Shown: positions 24,401 through 37,769 of the stretch, piece by piece | How the letters are laid out: each line of letters opens with the position of its first letter | Numbering within the stretch: the stretch's first letter is position 1 | Assembly (NCBI RefSeq): GCF_001194135.2 | Contig: NC_068981.1 | Coordinates: 128,529,642 to 128,593,641 of the forward strand | Source of the DNA: Octopus bimaculoides | Lineage: Eukaryota | Length of the DNA stretch: 64,000 bases | Direction of reading: 5' to 3' | Program-made: the position numbers and the translations under genes | Notes under the pieces: model-generated | What the model was told of the DNA's origin: nothing | Databases searched by the model: none | What the model saw: only the letters and a program-made list of their open reading frames with translations

Positions 24401-25668
24401 TATTGCACAGACAGCACATGTGAAAGACTTCAAGTTTCAAATAATAATAACAACAACAACATTTTTTCTGAAAGGAGGGATTAGTTGATACCATTGGTTC
24501 CAGTATTTGACTAGTACTTTATTTTATTGACCTCAAAAGATGAAAAACATAGTTGACTTTATTGTTGTATTTGGGGATGGTCATGTTGCCAGTTTAGCCA
24601 ATAAAAACACACGCACTGTATATTTGGTGTTAATTTGCTTCAGCTTTATATTACATTACATTACATTAATCATATTTCGGCCAGAGTTCTTCCGTCACAC
24701 TTCTGTGACCTCATCAGTGGTCCTTTGCTTTCTTCTCTCTTATATGTGTGTCCCTCCTTGCTAACGATCAGCCATTTTGTATTTTGTATTCCTATTGTAT
24801 GTGTCTACTCATGCATATCCCTCTATGTGTGTCTATGTTTTGTAGGTGCATGTGTGTGTATGGGGAGTGCCTCTATTATCTGTATCTTCTGTTAATACAT
24901 GTTCGTTTATTTTGTTTTTATTTATTTATTTGTTCATGTGTTTATACCTACTTTTTTTTGTTTTGGTTTTTGTTTTTTGTTTTGGTTTTTGTTTTTTGTA
25001 TTTAATTTAATTTTGTTAACGTATGTAGTATTTAATTCCATTTGTTTATCTATGTATTGTATTATATTATGTTCATATTGTTATCGGTTTATGGGGATTT
25101 TATTGTCATATGTTGTGGTTTGTTGACTTTGGCTGAATTCAAATCCTGCTAGGTCAATGTGGGGTTAATAAAATAAAGTGTCAATGAAATACTGGGCTCA
25201 ATGGTCTTGACTTACCCCATCCCCTCAAAATTGCTGGCTTTTTGCCTAAATTAGAAAGTAGATGGCAGCAAGCTGCTCCTTTCAGCTTTACATTCTGAGT
25301 TCAAATTCCACTGTGGTTGATTCTGCCTTTCATCCTTTAGGGGTTCAATAAAATAAGTAACAGTTGAACTTCAGGGTTAATATAATCAACAAGCCCTCCC
25401 CAACAAAATTTCCAGCCTTGCGCTAATAGTAGAAAAGATTAATGTTGTTGTTGTTGTTAATGCAGTAAGCTGGCAGAATCGTAGACACACCAGGCAAAAT
25501 ATTTAGTAGCATTTCATCCATCTTTACACTCTGAGTTCAAATTTTGCTGATGTCAACTTTGCCTTTCATCCTTTTGGGGTCAATGAAATAAGTACCAGTT
25601 GAGCACTGGGGTCGACATAATCAACTTACCCCCTCCCAAAATTGCTGGCCTTGTGCCAAAATTTGAAA

Positions 25669-25733
<65 letters not shown>

Positions 25734-27400
25734 GCCTTTGCACAGCTTCTAACCCTGAGATGTATTACAGTGTCAGCTGTTCACTACCAGTGAACTAAGG
25801 TAACACCTCTTATTTTTCGAGCGGTTCCAAGCAGTACTGTTTTCTGCAAGTGCTCCATCCTTATTGCAGCCCCTATTTGTTCCACGTACTTCTCGAGATT
25901 TTTGCTCACTGTTTCCAGAGCTCTAACACACTTATTTATACTACTGCTACCTTTTTCATTGACCGCAACTGCTTAACTTCCCAAGCCAACCTGTCATATC
26001 TCTTGACTTTTCTTTCTTCCTTATTACATACCTTTTTGTCAGCCGGGCATGCTATATCTATGATCCAGCATAGTCTGTTTTCATTCTCAATTAAGACTAT
26101 GTCCAGCTTCCTATTCTCTACCTCATGGTCGCACTGAATCATAAAATCCCATAGGATCTTTGCATTTCCATTTTCAATGATGCCTTCAGGTTTGTGGTTG
26201 TACCAATTTTTTGCTCTGTCAAGTCCATACTTGTTGCAAAGTGTCCAATGGACAAGCCTGGCTATATTGTTGTGGCATCTCTTATATTCCTTCTAGGCTA
26301 GTGGCGTACATTGACTGGTAATATGCCATACAGTTTTACCGTTTTATCCACAGATTCTGCACTTATCACTTTCTGCTGTGTTGTCTATTCTGTGTTTTAT
26401 GTAGTTTGTTCTTAGTGCTTGCTCTTGGGCAGCACAGATTAGAGCCTCCGTTTCCGGTTTTAAATCACTTTTAGTCATCCACAGCCATCTTTTTTCTCTG
26501 TCTGTCAACATCACTATAAAAATGATCATGCATTCTTTTCTTTACCCACCTATTTTCAGTTTCATTTGTCTTCAATTTCTTATATAGTGCTTTATCTTTG
26601 AAATCTTTCATCCTACACAAGCCTGATCTTCTTACTTCTAATAATAGCAGTTCTGTAGCATTTTTCACATACCATGCTATGTTGTTTTCTTCTGCTCTAA
26701 TGCTGTGTTTGCATCCAATAAGTCCTCTTCCCCCTCTTTTTCTTGGTACCTACAACAGTCTGTCTGTGTTGCTTTTTGGGTGGAGTAACCCATATCTAGT
26801 TAGCAACTTCCTTGTCTTTCTGTCTAAGCTGTTTAGTTCGTCTACTATCCATGCGAGTACCCCTGCTCCATATCTAAAGAGTGAAACCGCCCAGGCTTCA
26901 ATCTTATTCCATCCATTTAATTTCAACCTAAGGATCAGTCTCAATCTGCGCAAGTACTCCACCTTAAATTTTTCTGTCATTTCTTTCTCCATCAATTTAT
27001 CCATTTCCAAAATCCCCAAGTACTTATAGCCCGTCTCTTCTATCTGCCTCATAACCTCCCTGACGGTATCGTTAGCCCATCCATACATTTGATTTTACCT
27101 CTCTTCAAGACTAACACACCACATTTTCTCAGTTCAAACTCCATTCCGATATCAGCACTGAAGGTAGACACTGTATCAACAAGGGTACTGACTTGAGCTT
27201 CATCTTTACCATAAAGTTTGAGGTCATCATTCAATAAAAAACGGTTGACTTTTTGTTGGCGGCTTTTGAATACATACCCAGCTTTTGCTTACCTCAGAAT
27301 CAGTGTTAGTGGTATCAAGCACAGTACAAAGATCAATGGGGACAGGCAGTTCCCTTGGAAGATGCCCATCCCATCTTATTTTCAGATGTAATATAGTTAT
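25734..27400 (-). mobile_element. R4/Dong-clade non-LTR retrotransposon (RT C-terminus, zinc knuckle, RLE), 5'-truncated
   Basis: GIFQGNCLSP, DDLKLYGK, YKYLGILE, ETEALICAAQEQALRT, CRICG..TVWHITSQC, ENRKLDIVL, IIDIACP and LQKTVLLGTAR; 3' end abuts (TAA)21 at 25671-25733. Confidence 0.9.
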
Positions 27401-29477
27401 GACTAGATGTTTTCCTGTTTATTAAAATGGCCAGGTGTGATTTGAAGCCAATTCGACTGCTATTTTAGTAGCTCAACTGGCTGTATAGAAGTTTCGTGTG
27501 TGTTTCCTATGTCTTTTGTGTTCTATGTTTTTTATCTTTTACTTGTTTCAGTCATTAAGTCATTAGTGGACATGCTGGAGCATTGCCTTGAAGAATCTTT
27601 AGTTGAATGAATCGAGCTTAGTACTTTTTTTTTTTGTTTTAAAAAGCCTAGTACCTATTCTGTTGGTCTCTTTGCCAAACTGCTAAGCTACAGGGGACAT
27701 AAACACACCTCCACTGGTTGTCAAGCACAGACACAAAGACATACGCACATAGATATGTAACCCATGCCAGTATGGAAAACAGATGGTGAAAGATGGATGA
27801 TGATTTATACAATGGGCTTCTTTTCAGTTTCTGTCTACTAAATCCACTCACAAGGCTTTGGTTGACCCAAGGCTATGGTAAAAAAGATGCTTGTCCAAGG
27901 TGCCACAGAATGGGACTGAACCCAGAACCATGTAGTTGGGAAGCAAACTTCTTACAACACAGCCAGACCTTTGCCTATATATTTTTAGGAAAGAACACTA
28001 TCAAGTTATCTGTACTGTATCAAATAATACTATTTTTTTTATATATCAAGATATATGATGCATAGAATGTTTTTTTTTTTTCTGTTTACGATTTTTAATT
28101 CTATAACGTCTATTGTTAATAATTCTTAGCACTTCAAATACTATACAAAGAAGAAGTGGCAAATTTGAAAGCTTGGAAAATCTCTAAGGATTCTGTGTGT
28201 TTAGACATCATTGTTGCATGCCAGTAATTATAATGCCTTGATTGTTGCAGAATTACTGATATTTGAATAATTTATAAATACATTCTGTTATTCTTTTACT
28301 GGTTTCAGTCACCGGACTGCAACCATGGTGAACAGCCATCTTCAAAGATTTCCATATCAACCCAGTATTTATTTGAGTTTGGTACTAATTTTATTAATCT
28401 ATATTTTATTGAATTGCTTAATGTCGACTGCATAACCTGTACATAATGTATTGCTCTTGATTGGTTTTAAGATAGTTTCTTCTGCCAACTATTTTAACAT
28501 CCTTTCAGATTTACCTTAATCTTGTTCATATTTGCCTGATATTCACCAGTTAGGACATTGTTTTTTTAAATCTTTAGTCATAACAAGGAATTCATACTCT
28601 ATGTATTTTCTTTGCTTTTTTAACTAGTGTACTGTTCTTCTCTTCAGTTGTATGCTGTACCTATTTGTCTCCTAATCAAGAGAAAATATTATATTTTTAC
28701 TTGTATATTAATCAAAGTATTCAGTATTATAGACCCATTTCAGCCAGTCTTATCATTTGGTTTCTCACTGAATATTAGATAACAGGATGATATCTAAATA
28801 CACATACTCTGTGGAGATGGCCAACCCATGTATTTAGATAACTGCCCTGTCATCTAATATCTGGTAAGATTGGCTTAAATCAATATAATACTGTACATTT
28901 ATAATTATAGTTATAATAATTTTCTTCTTATTAGGGGCTTTTTCACCTTTAGTGTATTGTACTCAACAGACTGTTCTTGTTTTGTCAAACCATATCTCAT
29001 TTAGTCAAATTTTGTCTACACTGGATTTACTGTTGTGCATTTTTATCTTATCACAAGCTTTTTTGCTGTGTTTTTTTCTTTTAGCTCAATTTATAATTTA
29101 CTATATTCAAAGTTATACTTAATTACTGAGGCTGCTAATTATCTTATTTGATTTTATATTTAGTTATGATCCTAATATCGATCTGATTTAAATAGGTTTC
29201 TTCATTTTTATTTGCTGTATATTGCCAACATTAATTCATTCCTAACTATTTCAGAAAGTGTTCTTCTAGTTTTTTTTTTATTTTTAGATTTATTTTTATC
29301 TTGATTCTGTTATTGTTGGCTTTATATTTAAGATATCTGACACATTTCTCAAGACCCTTGTGTAGTTGTGAATGTTTTTGCTAAATTGAATTGTTTGGAG
29401 AAGGACCAACTTATTGTCATTGCTCATATATACAGATGTTTCAAAAATTTAGCATATTATGCAAAAATAGAATATTT

Positions 29478-29900
29478 AGGAGTTGCTGTGTGGTAAGTAG
29501 CTTGCTTACCAACCACATGGTTCCGGGTTCAATCCCACTGCATGACACCTTGAGTACGTGTCTTTTACTATAGCCTTGGGCCGACCAAAGCCTTGTGAGT
29601 GGATTTGGTAGACGGAAGCTGAAAGAAGCCTGTCATATATATGTATATATATATATGTATGTGTGTGTATATGTTTGTGTGTCTGTGTTTGTACCCCCGA
29701 CATCGCTTGACAACCAATGCTGGTGTGTTTACGTCCCCGTAACTTAGCGGTTCAGCTAAAGAGACCGATAGAATAAGTACTAGGCTTACAAAGAATAAGT
29801 CCTGGGGTCGATTTGCTCGACTAAAAGGCAGTGTTCCAGCATGGCCACAGTCAAATGACTGAAACGAGTAAAAGAGTAAAAGAGTAAAGAGAGAGAGAGT
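29478..29900 (+). mobile_element. Full-length tRNA-derived SINE; related copies at 27530-27975(-), 31190-31645(-), 33720-33900(+), 35515-35945(-), 41180-41340(+), 50654-51082(+) and 51520-51895(-)
   Basis: Head ggagttgctgtgtggtaagtagc...ggttcaatcccactg (A/B boxes), internal (TA)(TG) microsatellite, tail gactgaaacgagtaaaagagtaaaag. Confidence 0.85.
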
Positions 29901-30059
29901 TAAGTCAGGACATCAAAATTCCAATTGCTTGAAGTTTATGACATCTAAACTGATCTATTCCCACTATTTCATTGGTATAAGCTAAGATTTATGGTTTCCA
30001 TGTGGGGTTCATTAAAAATACATTATTTAAAAAAAAATTATGACTTTACACCTGTTTGA

Positions 30060-30300
30060 CACAGCAGCTGCAGGCTGGACGAGGCCTCATGGCAAGCCCC
30101 ACACCAGATTGCTGGACATGATTGGGGAAGATCTCCAGAGTCTTGACATCACCTTAGAGGATGCTGAGGGGCTGGCACGGGACAGCCAATGAGGGAGAGC
30201 ACTGGTGACCTGGTTGGCTCTACACAAGATGACTCCTTTGGGACCATTAACTTGGAATGACCCCAGCCCCACAAGCAAGAGCACGAAGCCAAGTCAAGCC
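30060..30300 (+). mobile_element. RTE-like LINE 3' ORF end (second subfamily)
   Basis: RPHGKPHTRLLDMIGEDLQSLDITLEDAEGLARD resembles RTE C-termini (GRP..RW.D.I..DL). Confidence 0.6.
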
Positions 30301-31989
30301 AATCATCATCATCAAATATCATCATCATCGTTGTCATCATCGTTTAACGTCCGCTTTCCATGCTAGCATGGATTGGACGTTGCATAATAAGTATTACATG
30401 GTTCCGGATTCAATCTTACTGCATGGAATCTTGGCCAGGTATTTTCCGCTCTAACCTTAGGCTGACCAAAGCCTTTGTGAGTGGTTTTGGTAGACAGAAG
30501 TTGAAATAAGTCTGTCATATGTAAAAGATAAAAGATATAGTATATGAACATCCAAAAAACATCATTACAATAGAGCAAGCTGACTAGAAATTATACGTTT
30601 TGTACTTTTAGTACTTTTAGATTTATTGCAGTCATGTTTGACATATAATACATTCAAATGCAGGCTATTATTAACTTTGTTATTAGTAAAGAGAAATGTA
30701 TTTGTTATGCAAATGTTTTGTATATTTTCTGAAACTAATCTAACCTTACTGAACCTAATCTAACTTATCATTGTCATAGGTTAGGTTTTGTTAGGTGGAG
30801 TTAAATTACTTTTGAAAAATATACAAAATTTATGATCATACTCTCTCTTTATAGATTTTATTTTCAGCTGAATTATTTTTACCAAATTATAGGCTTTTTG
30901 TGTTATTAATATAGAGATAGGGATATTTAGATAGAGAAATATATTTAATTTCTAAATGAAAAATAAGGCAGTGAGCTGGCAGAAACGTTAGCATTTCATC
31001 TGTCTTTACATTCTGAGTTCAAATTCCAACAAGGTTGACTTTGCCTTTCATCCTTTCGGGGTTGATAAATTAAATACCAGTTGCATACTGGGATCAATCT
31101 AATCGACTGGCCCCCTCCCCCCAAATGGCTGGAGTAGAAAAGAATTTCTAAATTAAAACAAAAATCCATTACATGCAAATGTCTTCTATGGTTCACTTGT
31201 TTCAGTTATTGGACTGCAGTCATCCTGGGATACAACTTTGAAGAATTTCGTTGAATAGGTGAACGTCACTACTTTTTTTGTACTGTTACTTATTCTGTTG
31301 GTCCCGTTTGCTGAACCATTTAGTTACATGGATGTAAATAAACCAACACCTCACCAACAGTGAGGGACACACAGCACAAAGATACACACTCATACACACA
31401 CACACACACACACACACATGCACACATACACACACACACACACATGCACACACACACACACACATGCACACACACACACGCGCACAACAGGCTTTTTAGC
31501 TTCTTTTAGTTTCTGCTTACTAAATCCACTCACAAGGCTCTGGTCAGCCTAGGACTATAGCACCAGACTCTTGCTCAAGGTGCCACTCAGTGGGACTGAA
31601 CCCAAAGTCACATGATTTAACCATACAGCCACACCTGCATCCAAAGGGTTTTTAAAAAAAAGGAAGCATTGCATACACCACAGTTAGCTGTGTAATGCTA
31701 TGTATTGGGTGAATGACTGGATAATAGAAGAGTGATAAAAAAGCAATCAACATTTCACTACTACACATCCAATATATTTTACACCACTCTCTTGAACGTA
31801 TACCTTTTCTTTTACTAAAAGTTTTAGCACTCCACACCTTCCCCTCACTAATTTCTTAATTCATCTATTATTTAAATTCATTCACTTGTGAAGCAGGAAC
31901 ACCTGCTGAATGATCTCAAGTCACTAAGCCTATATGTGCAATCATTAATGAAACAAGAATATCAAAGATATACTTGTTTGCCCTTCTTT

Positions 31990-33300
31990 CAGCTGACTTT
32001 CAGTCTACACTTTTTTTAGCCAACCCAGATTTAGTGGCCTAGCAATGCTGCTTCAAAAAGCTATGGTATGATCTTCTTATACTTTGATAGTTGGTCAGTG
32101 GTCCTAGATGTGAACAACAATGGAAAGGGTAGGACTGTTTATGCCCCAACATAAACAGGATTTCTTCAGATTTCTAGAGACATTCCTAGGAACCTCTCTC
32201 TTATAAATCTTGGTGAGTGACTGGTATGACATCTTAAATGAGCACAGAGATTGTGGAGAGTAGCTAATAGAAGAGAGGGAATAAAAAGTCTCGTACATCC
32301 ACTCAATCTCTAACAGGTATCACATGAATTTTCTGAATATACTAATGTGGACTTAACAAACCACAATGGATCATTCATGACACATACAGTTTTCATAAGA
32401 GTTAACAGTTCAATTATAAAATAAATTGTCCATAATTAAACTGGAAACTTAATACATCATTCCCAGCACAAAAAGGTTTCAGAGATGAGATGAATTAGTT
32501 TAGATGGAGTTGACAGGTGCAAATTATTAATAAGAGAAAGTGGGTTTCACTAAAAGAAAATTAGAGTAAACTCTATCAATTTTAGCTGCTGAGTAGAAAA
32601 GGAAAACAGAAAAGATATTTCATACAACATGCTTATGGTTTGAGTTGACCTTGACCACACCAATGATATATTGTTTATGCGAGAGTACATGCTCAGAAAC
32701 ACAACTCAGCAAAAATTGTTCAATAGGCCTAGATTGTAAAGGCATTGTGTGACAACAAAGGCTGCAGCATGTGTGAGCTATCTGATTTCCTGTAGATGTG
32801 AGCAGTTTTTCAGCAGTACTTTGCTAAATTGTTCACAGGGAACAAAGAACTGAAGATAGATATCAATGGTCTATTGAAATTCTTGTTTGAAGATGTTGAG
32901 TGCTTTAAAACCAACTTCAGCAGATGAAGTAGCAAACATGTTGAGCAACTATGCAAGGGTCAAATTACCAGAACTATATAGTCTGCTCTGCAAATTTTAT
33001 TCTTACAAGCCTGATCTATTTGCTACCATCTTAGCATCTGTTAATTGCAACTGGCAGCATTCCGAGTCATGTGAGGCAAGGACTAGTGGCAATGCTGAGA
33101 ATGGATTTGCCCAAGGAGTACATAATAGGTAACTTCAGGTCTATAATTCTGTTCTACTCAAAATCAAAGATTTTGGCAAAGGTACTTGCAAAGACATTGA
33201 CACTTTTTATCTTTAGTATAGTCAAAGGCACACAAAGATGTATAGTTCCTGGCAAATTATCCATAACAACTTTCACCTTGTACAATATATTGTAAAGTGG
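31990..33300 (+). mobile_element. Tx1/L1-clade LINE remnant (endonuclease and RT N-terminus)
   Basis: VVLDVNN...VYAP (endonuclease); LPELY..PDLFATILASV, NFRSI...SKILAKVLAK and Q.CIVPG (RT). Confidence 0.7.
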
Positions 33301-34250
33301 TAAAGTGGGCTGAGAGAGGAAATCAAGAAAGAAAGAGTGAAGGAGAGAGAGAGAGAGAGAATTAAAGCATGGGTTGAAGTAAGAGATGAGTTGGAGGTAG
33401 AAATTGTAATAAAATTCTTGAAATAGTCAAAATAAATATATATTTTTTTTTAAATTTGTTTTTCATATCATTGTCATTAAATTACTTTATCATTAGAAAT
33501 AAATATTGATGATAGCTAAGTTAACAAGTGACAATCATTTAGTGCTGATATCAACCATCACTCACTTGAACTGAAAGAATGAGAGAGAGAGAGAGGGAGA
33601 TAGAATTGCAAATGAAAAAGAAAGAATGAAAGAGAGAAAGAGTTGTAAGTATCATGTGACCAAAAGAACAGATGACATAAATATTGTATAGATTCTTATG
33701 ATACATATACTGTCTGTGTTGTTAGAAATTTACTCTCTAATCATATGATTTCAGTCCATTGTGCAGCACCTTGGGCAAGTGTCTCCTACTACAGCCCTAG
33801 GTTGACCAAAGATTTCTGAGTGGATTTGGTAGATGGGAACTAAAAGTAGCTCATCCTATATGTATATATATTTCTGGTGTGTGTGTGTGTATGTTTGTCT
33901 GTGTGTCCCCTTTTGTCTTAACATCATGTGGTGTTTGTGAATGAGTATTGTTCAATTCTAGTCTTCTGTGAAAACATGCCTAGCCATGATGAACAATTAC
34001 CTTACTTGGAAATAGGTGAGGCTAGGTGACAGGAAGGGCATCCAGCTGTAGATAATTTTAACTCACTGAATTCTATTTGACCCATACAAGCATGGAAAAG
34101 TAGACATTAAAAAAACGATGATGGTGATAATGATGACGATCATCATCATAATTAAACAGTGTTATTTTTATTGATAAAATCATCATCATCACCATTTAGT
34201 GTTCATGTTCAATGCTGGCATAGGTTTCACAGTTTGACAAAATCTGAGGG

Positions 34251-34564
34251 TTCTGTATTTAAGAGATGAGGAATTATGTACATTATTTACATTTCACAGA
34301 TATATGCCTACGGGCATATGGTGTAGTGGTTAAGAGCATGAGCTACTAACCCCATGATTCTGAGTTCAATTCCAGGCAGTGACCTGAATAATTTATAATA
34401 ATAATAATAATAATAATTACATCGAAAAATACCTTAGGAATGAGAACCCAGGTTCGAAATTTCCCCAAGACTTCTGATGAAGGCTGGGGGGTATATCAGC
34501 TGAAATGTTGTGTTAACAACAAACAACATGAGGACAAATATCCGTCAAATGTAAATAATGTAAG
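34251..34564 (+). mobile_element. tRNA-headed short element with hammerhead motif and inverted 5' duplication
   Basis: TSD atctgaggg at 34242-34250 and 34565-34573; 25-bp inverted repeat 34279-34303 / 34538-34562; A box 34319, B box 34362; CTGATGA at 34474 and GAAA at 34502. Confidence 0.8.
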
Positions 34565-35711
34565 ATCTGAGGGGTCCAAGGATAGTATCATGCTTTAGTG
34601 TCTGCTTTTGTATGGTTTCTATAGCTGGATGCTTTTCCCAATGTCAACCATTTACAGTGTGTACTGGGCACTCTTTTTGTATCACTGGTACAATTGAAGT
34701 CACTATGCAGTTGGTAATACTACAAACCCCAAATGAATGGAGGGTCAGTTTTATGTTAGTGAATGAGGGGTTGGAATATGAGAGAAGGCAGGTGAAGAAA
34801 GAGAGCAGTTTCTTGCAGAAGAGTTGCATGGTGACTCACATCTAATAGCAAAGGGAGGGAATGATCAGTAGGAGGTGTGGTATGATAGATAGGAGATGAG
34901 ATGTCCAGATGGCCCTTCAAGGCACAGAGTTCATAGAAGTGAGTGGGGCAACATATTTATTGCAAATATACAAATGACAAATTTGTTTAATTTTTATCTT
35001 ATTTTAAACTAATATATCTTACTATTGTTATACTTGGGGATGCTTATATTTTGCCAATTAAACACATACACTATATGTTTGGTCTTTATTTCAGCTTCAT
35101 TATTATTATTTTTGCTCCATTGTCAAAGCTCTTTTGTCACACGTCCTGTGACCTCTTCAGTGACTCTTTATCCCACATTAATTGGAAAAATATGACTGTC
35201 CCCAACTATAACAATATTTGTTTCAACCCAAAGATTTCACATCAAGAATCTTGCAAAACAAACTCATAAATGTAATATATCATATTATTTTCAAAATTGG
35301 ATTAATTTCCTAATTTGTATTAAAAAAAAAAACGCGAAATTTGAAAGTACCTAAATAATATAACTTATTCATTAGACAGTGGCAAAAACATGTTCCCAAC
35401 ATTAAAACACTGTCATATGATGAGTAACACTACTAATAATACACATTGTAGGTTGCTTGGTATTGCCAAACATATCATACTATAATACATGAAATTAATA
35501 ATTAATTTTATTCTATCATTTGTTTCAGTCATTTGACTGTGGCCATGCTGAAGCACCACCTTTAGTCAAGCAAATTGACCACAGGACTTATTCGTTCTAA
35601 GCCTAGTACTTATTCTATCAATCTCTTTGCTGAACTGCTAAGCTATGGGGACGTAAACACACCAACATCGGTTGTCAAGTGATGGTAGGGGGACAAGCAC
35701 AGACACATAAG

Positions 35712-35781
<70 letters not shown>

Positions 35782-36347
35782 CATATATATATATACACGA
35801 CAGGCTTCTCTCAGTATCCATCTACCAAATCCACTCACAAGGCTTCGTCAGCCCAAGGTGCCACGCAGTGGGACTGAACCCGGAACCATGTGGATGGTAA
35901 ACAACCTACTTACCACAGCCACTCTTGCACCTATAGCCACTCCTGTGCCTATATATCTGCTATTAGTTGTTAATTAAACAGCATTGTTCATTTTATTTAA
36001 TTTTGTTGTTTTAGCTTATCAAAAATTTCTGTTTTGACAATTAGCACTCCATTTCTTTGTGCAAGCTCCATGAAATGTGCAAGCTCCATGAAATGTGCAA
36101 GGAAAAAATTCAAATTATGGCAATTGTGCTTAAATTATTACCATCATACACACATGCACACACACATCATTATTTGAGTTCTGAAAACATTGCTAATCAA
36201 ATTTCTATAAATACTTAATCATAGCAATCCTAATCTCAAATTATATATAAAATATTCTTCCTTTATCTCTCCTTCCTCTTCTCACTTTATCTATTTATCT
36301 GTTTATCTCTGCATTTCTTCTGCTCTCTCTTTCTCTTTCTGCCTGTT

Positions 36348-36401
<54 letters not shown>

Positions 36402-36439
36402 CATCGTTTAATGTCNNNNNNNNNNATATATATATATAT

Positions 36440-37705
36440 ATATATCATCGTTTAATGTCCGCTTTCCATGCTAGCATAGGCTGGACGATTTGACTGAGGA
36501 CTGGCGAACCAGATGGCTACACCAGACTCCAATCTGATCTGACAGAGTTTCTACAGCTGGATGCCCTTCCTACCACCAACCACCCTGAGAGTGTAGTGAG
36601 TGCTTTTTACATGCCACCGACACGAGGGCCAGTCCAGCAGTATTGGCAATGGCCACGCTCAAATGGTGTTTTTTTACATGCCACCTGCACAGGAGTCAGC
36701 CCAATGTTTTGCTTACATGCCAACAGGTCTTCGCAAGCTGAGTTTAGTGTTCAATGAAGGAAAGTTGGCATGGGTGCCAGTCAACGAATTTGGTTCAATT
36801 TTCAATTTCGATTTCACTTGCCTCAACAGGTCTTCGCAAGCAGAGTTTTGTGTCCAAAGAGGGAAAGGTAGGCATAAGTGGGCTGGCCACACCCCTTGTA
36901 AAGGCCACTGGTTATGGTCTCACTTGTCTTGCCAGGTCTTCTCACGCACAGCATATTTCCAAAGGTCTCGGTCACAAGTTATTGCCTCGGTGAGGCCTAA
37001 TGTTCGAAGGTAGTGCTTCACCACCTCATCCCAGGTTTTCCTAGGTCTACCTCTTCCACATGTTCCCTCAACCGCTAGGGTGTGGCACTTTTTCACACAG
37101 CTATCCTCATCTATTCTCGCCACGTGACCATACCAGCGCAATCGTCTCTCTTGCACACCACAACTGATGCTTCTTAGATTCAACTTTTCTCTCAAGGTAC
37201 TTACACTCTGTCGAATATGCACACTGACATTATACATCCATTGGAGCATACTGGCATCATTCCTTGCGAGCTTACGCATGCCCTCAGTAGTCATGGCCCA
37301 TGTTTCACTGCATAGCTGTTTGTACACATACGTCATACAGTCTGCCTTTTACTCTGAGCAAGAGGCCCTTTGTCACCAGCAGAGGTAAGAGTTCTCTGAA
37401 CCTTGCTCAGGTTATTCTTATTCTAGCAGCTACAGTTTCAGCACACCCTCCCCCACTACTTACTTTGTCACCTAGGTAATGGAAGCTATCAACTACTTCT
37501 AGTTTTTCTCCCTGGAATGTGGCAGAAGTTGTTCTCTGTACATTTCCAGTGTTTATTGCTCCTAAGCATCTGCCACATACAAAAACTATCTTGCTAGTTA
37601 GCCTTTCTTTGATATTGCTGCACCTCTTATGTGTCCATAGCTTACACTGGGTACATCTTATAGAGTTTCTACCTACACCTTTTCTACAGATCGAGCAAGG
37701 CCATC
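36440..37705 (-). mobile_element. RTE LINE, 5'-truncated (ORF C-terminus and 3' UTR with GAT tail)
   Basis: ORF 36920-37336 has QERRLRWYGHVARIDEDSCVKKC...GRGRPRKTWDEVV. Confidence 0.9.
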
Positions 37706-37769
37706 NNNNNNNNNNATATATATATAAAGAATAAGGAGAAAATGGATAGGTAAGTAATAAAATTATTTA

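Noticed and set aside
28500-28680. Minus-strand splice-like signals
   Set aside because: All frames from the strong acceptor hit stop codons.
28771-28860. Hairpin with ~33-bp arms
   Set aside because: An imperfect, MITE-like remnant with no TSD or other support.
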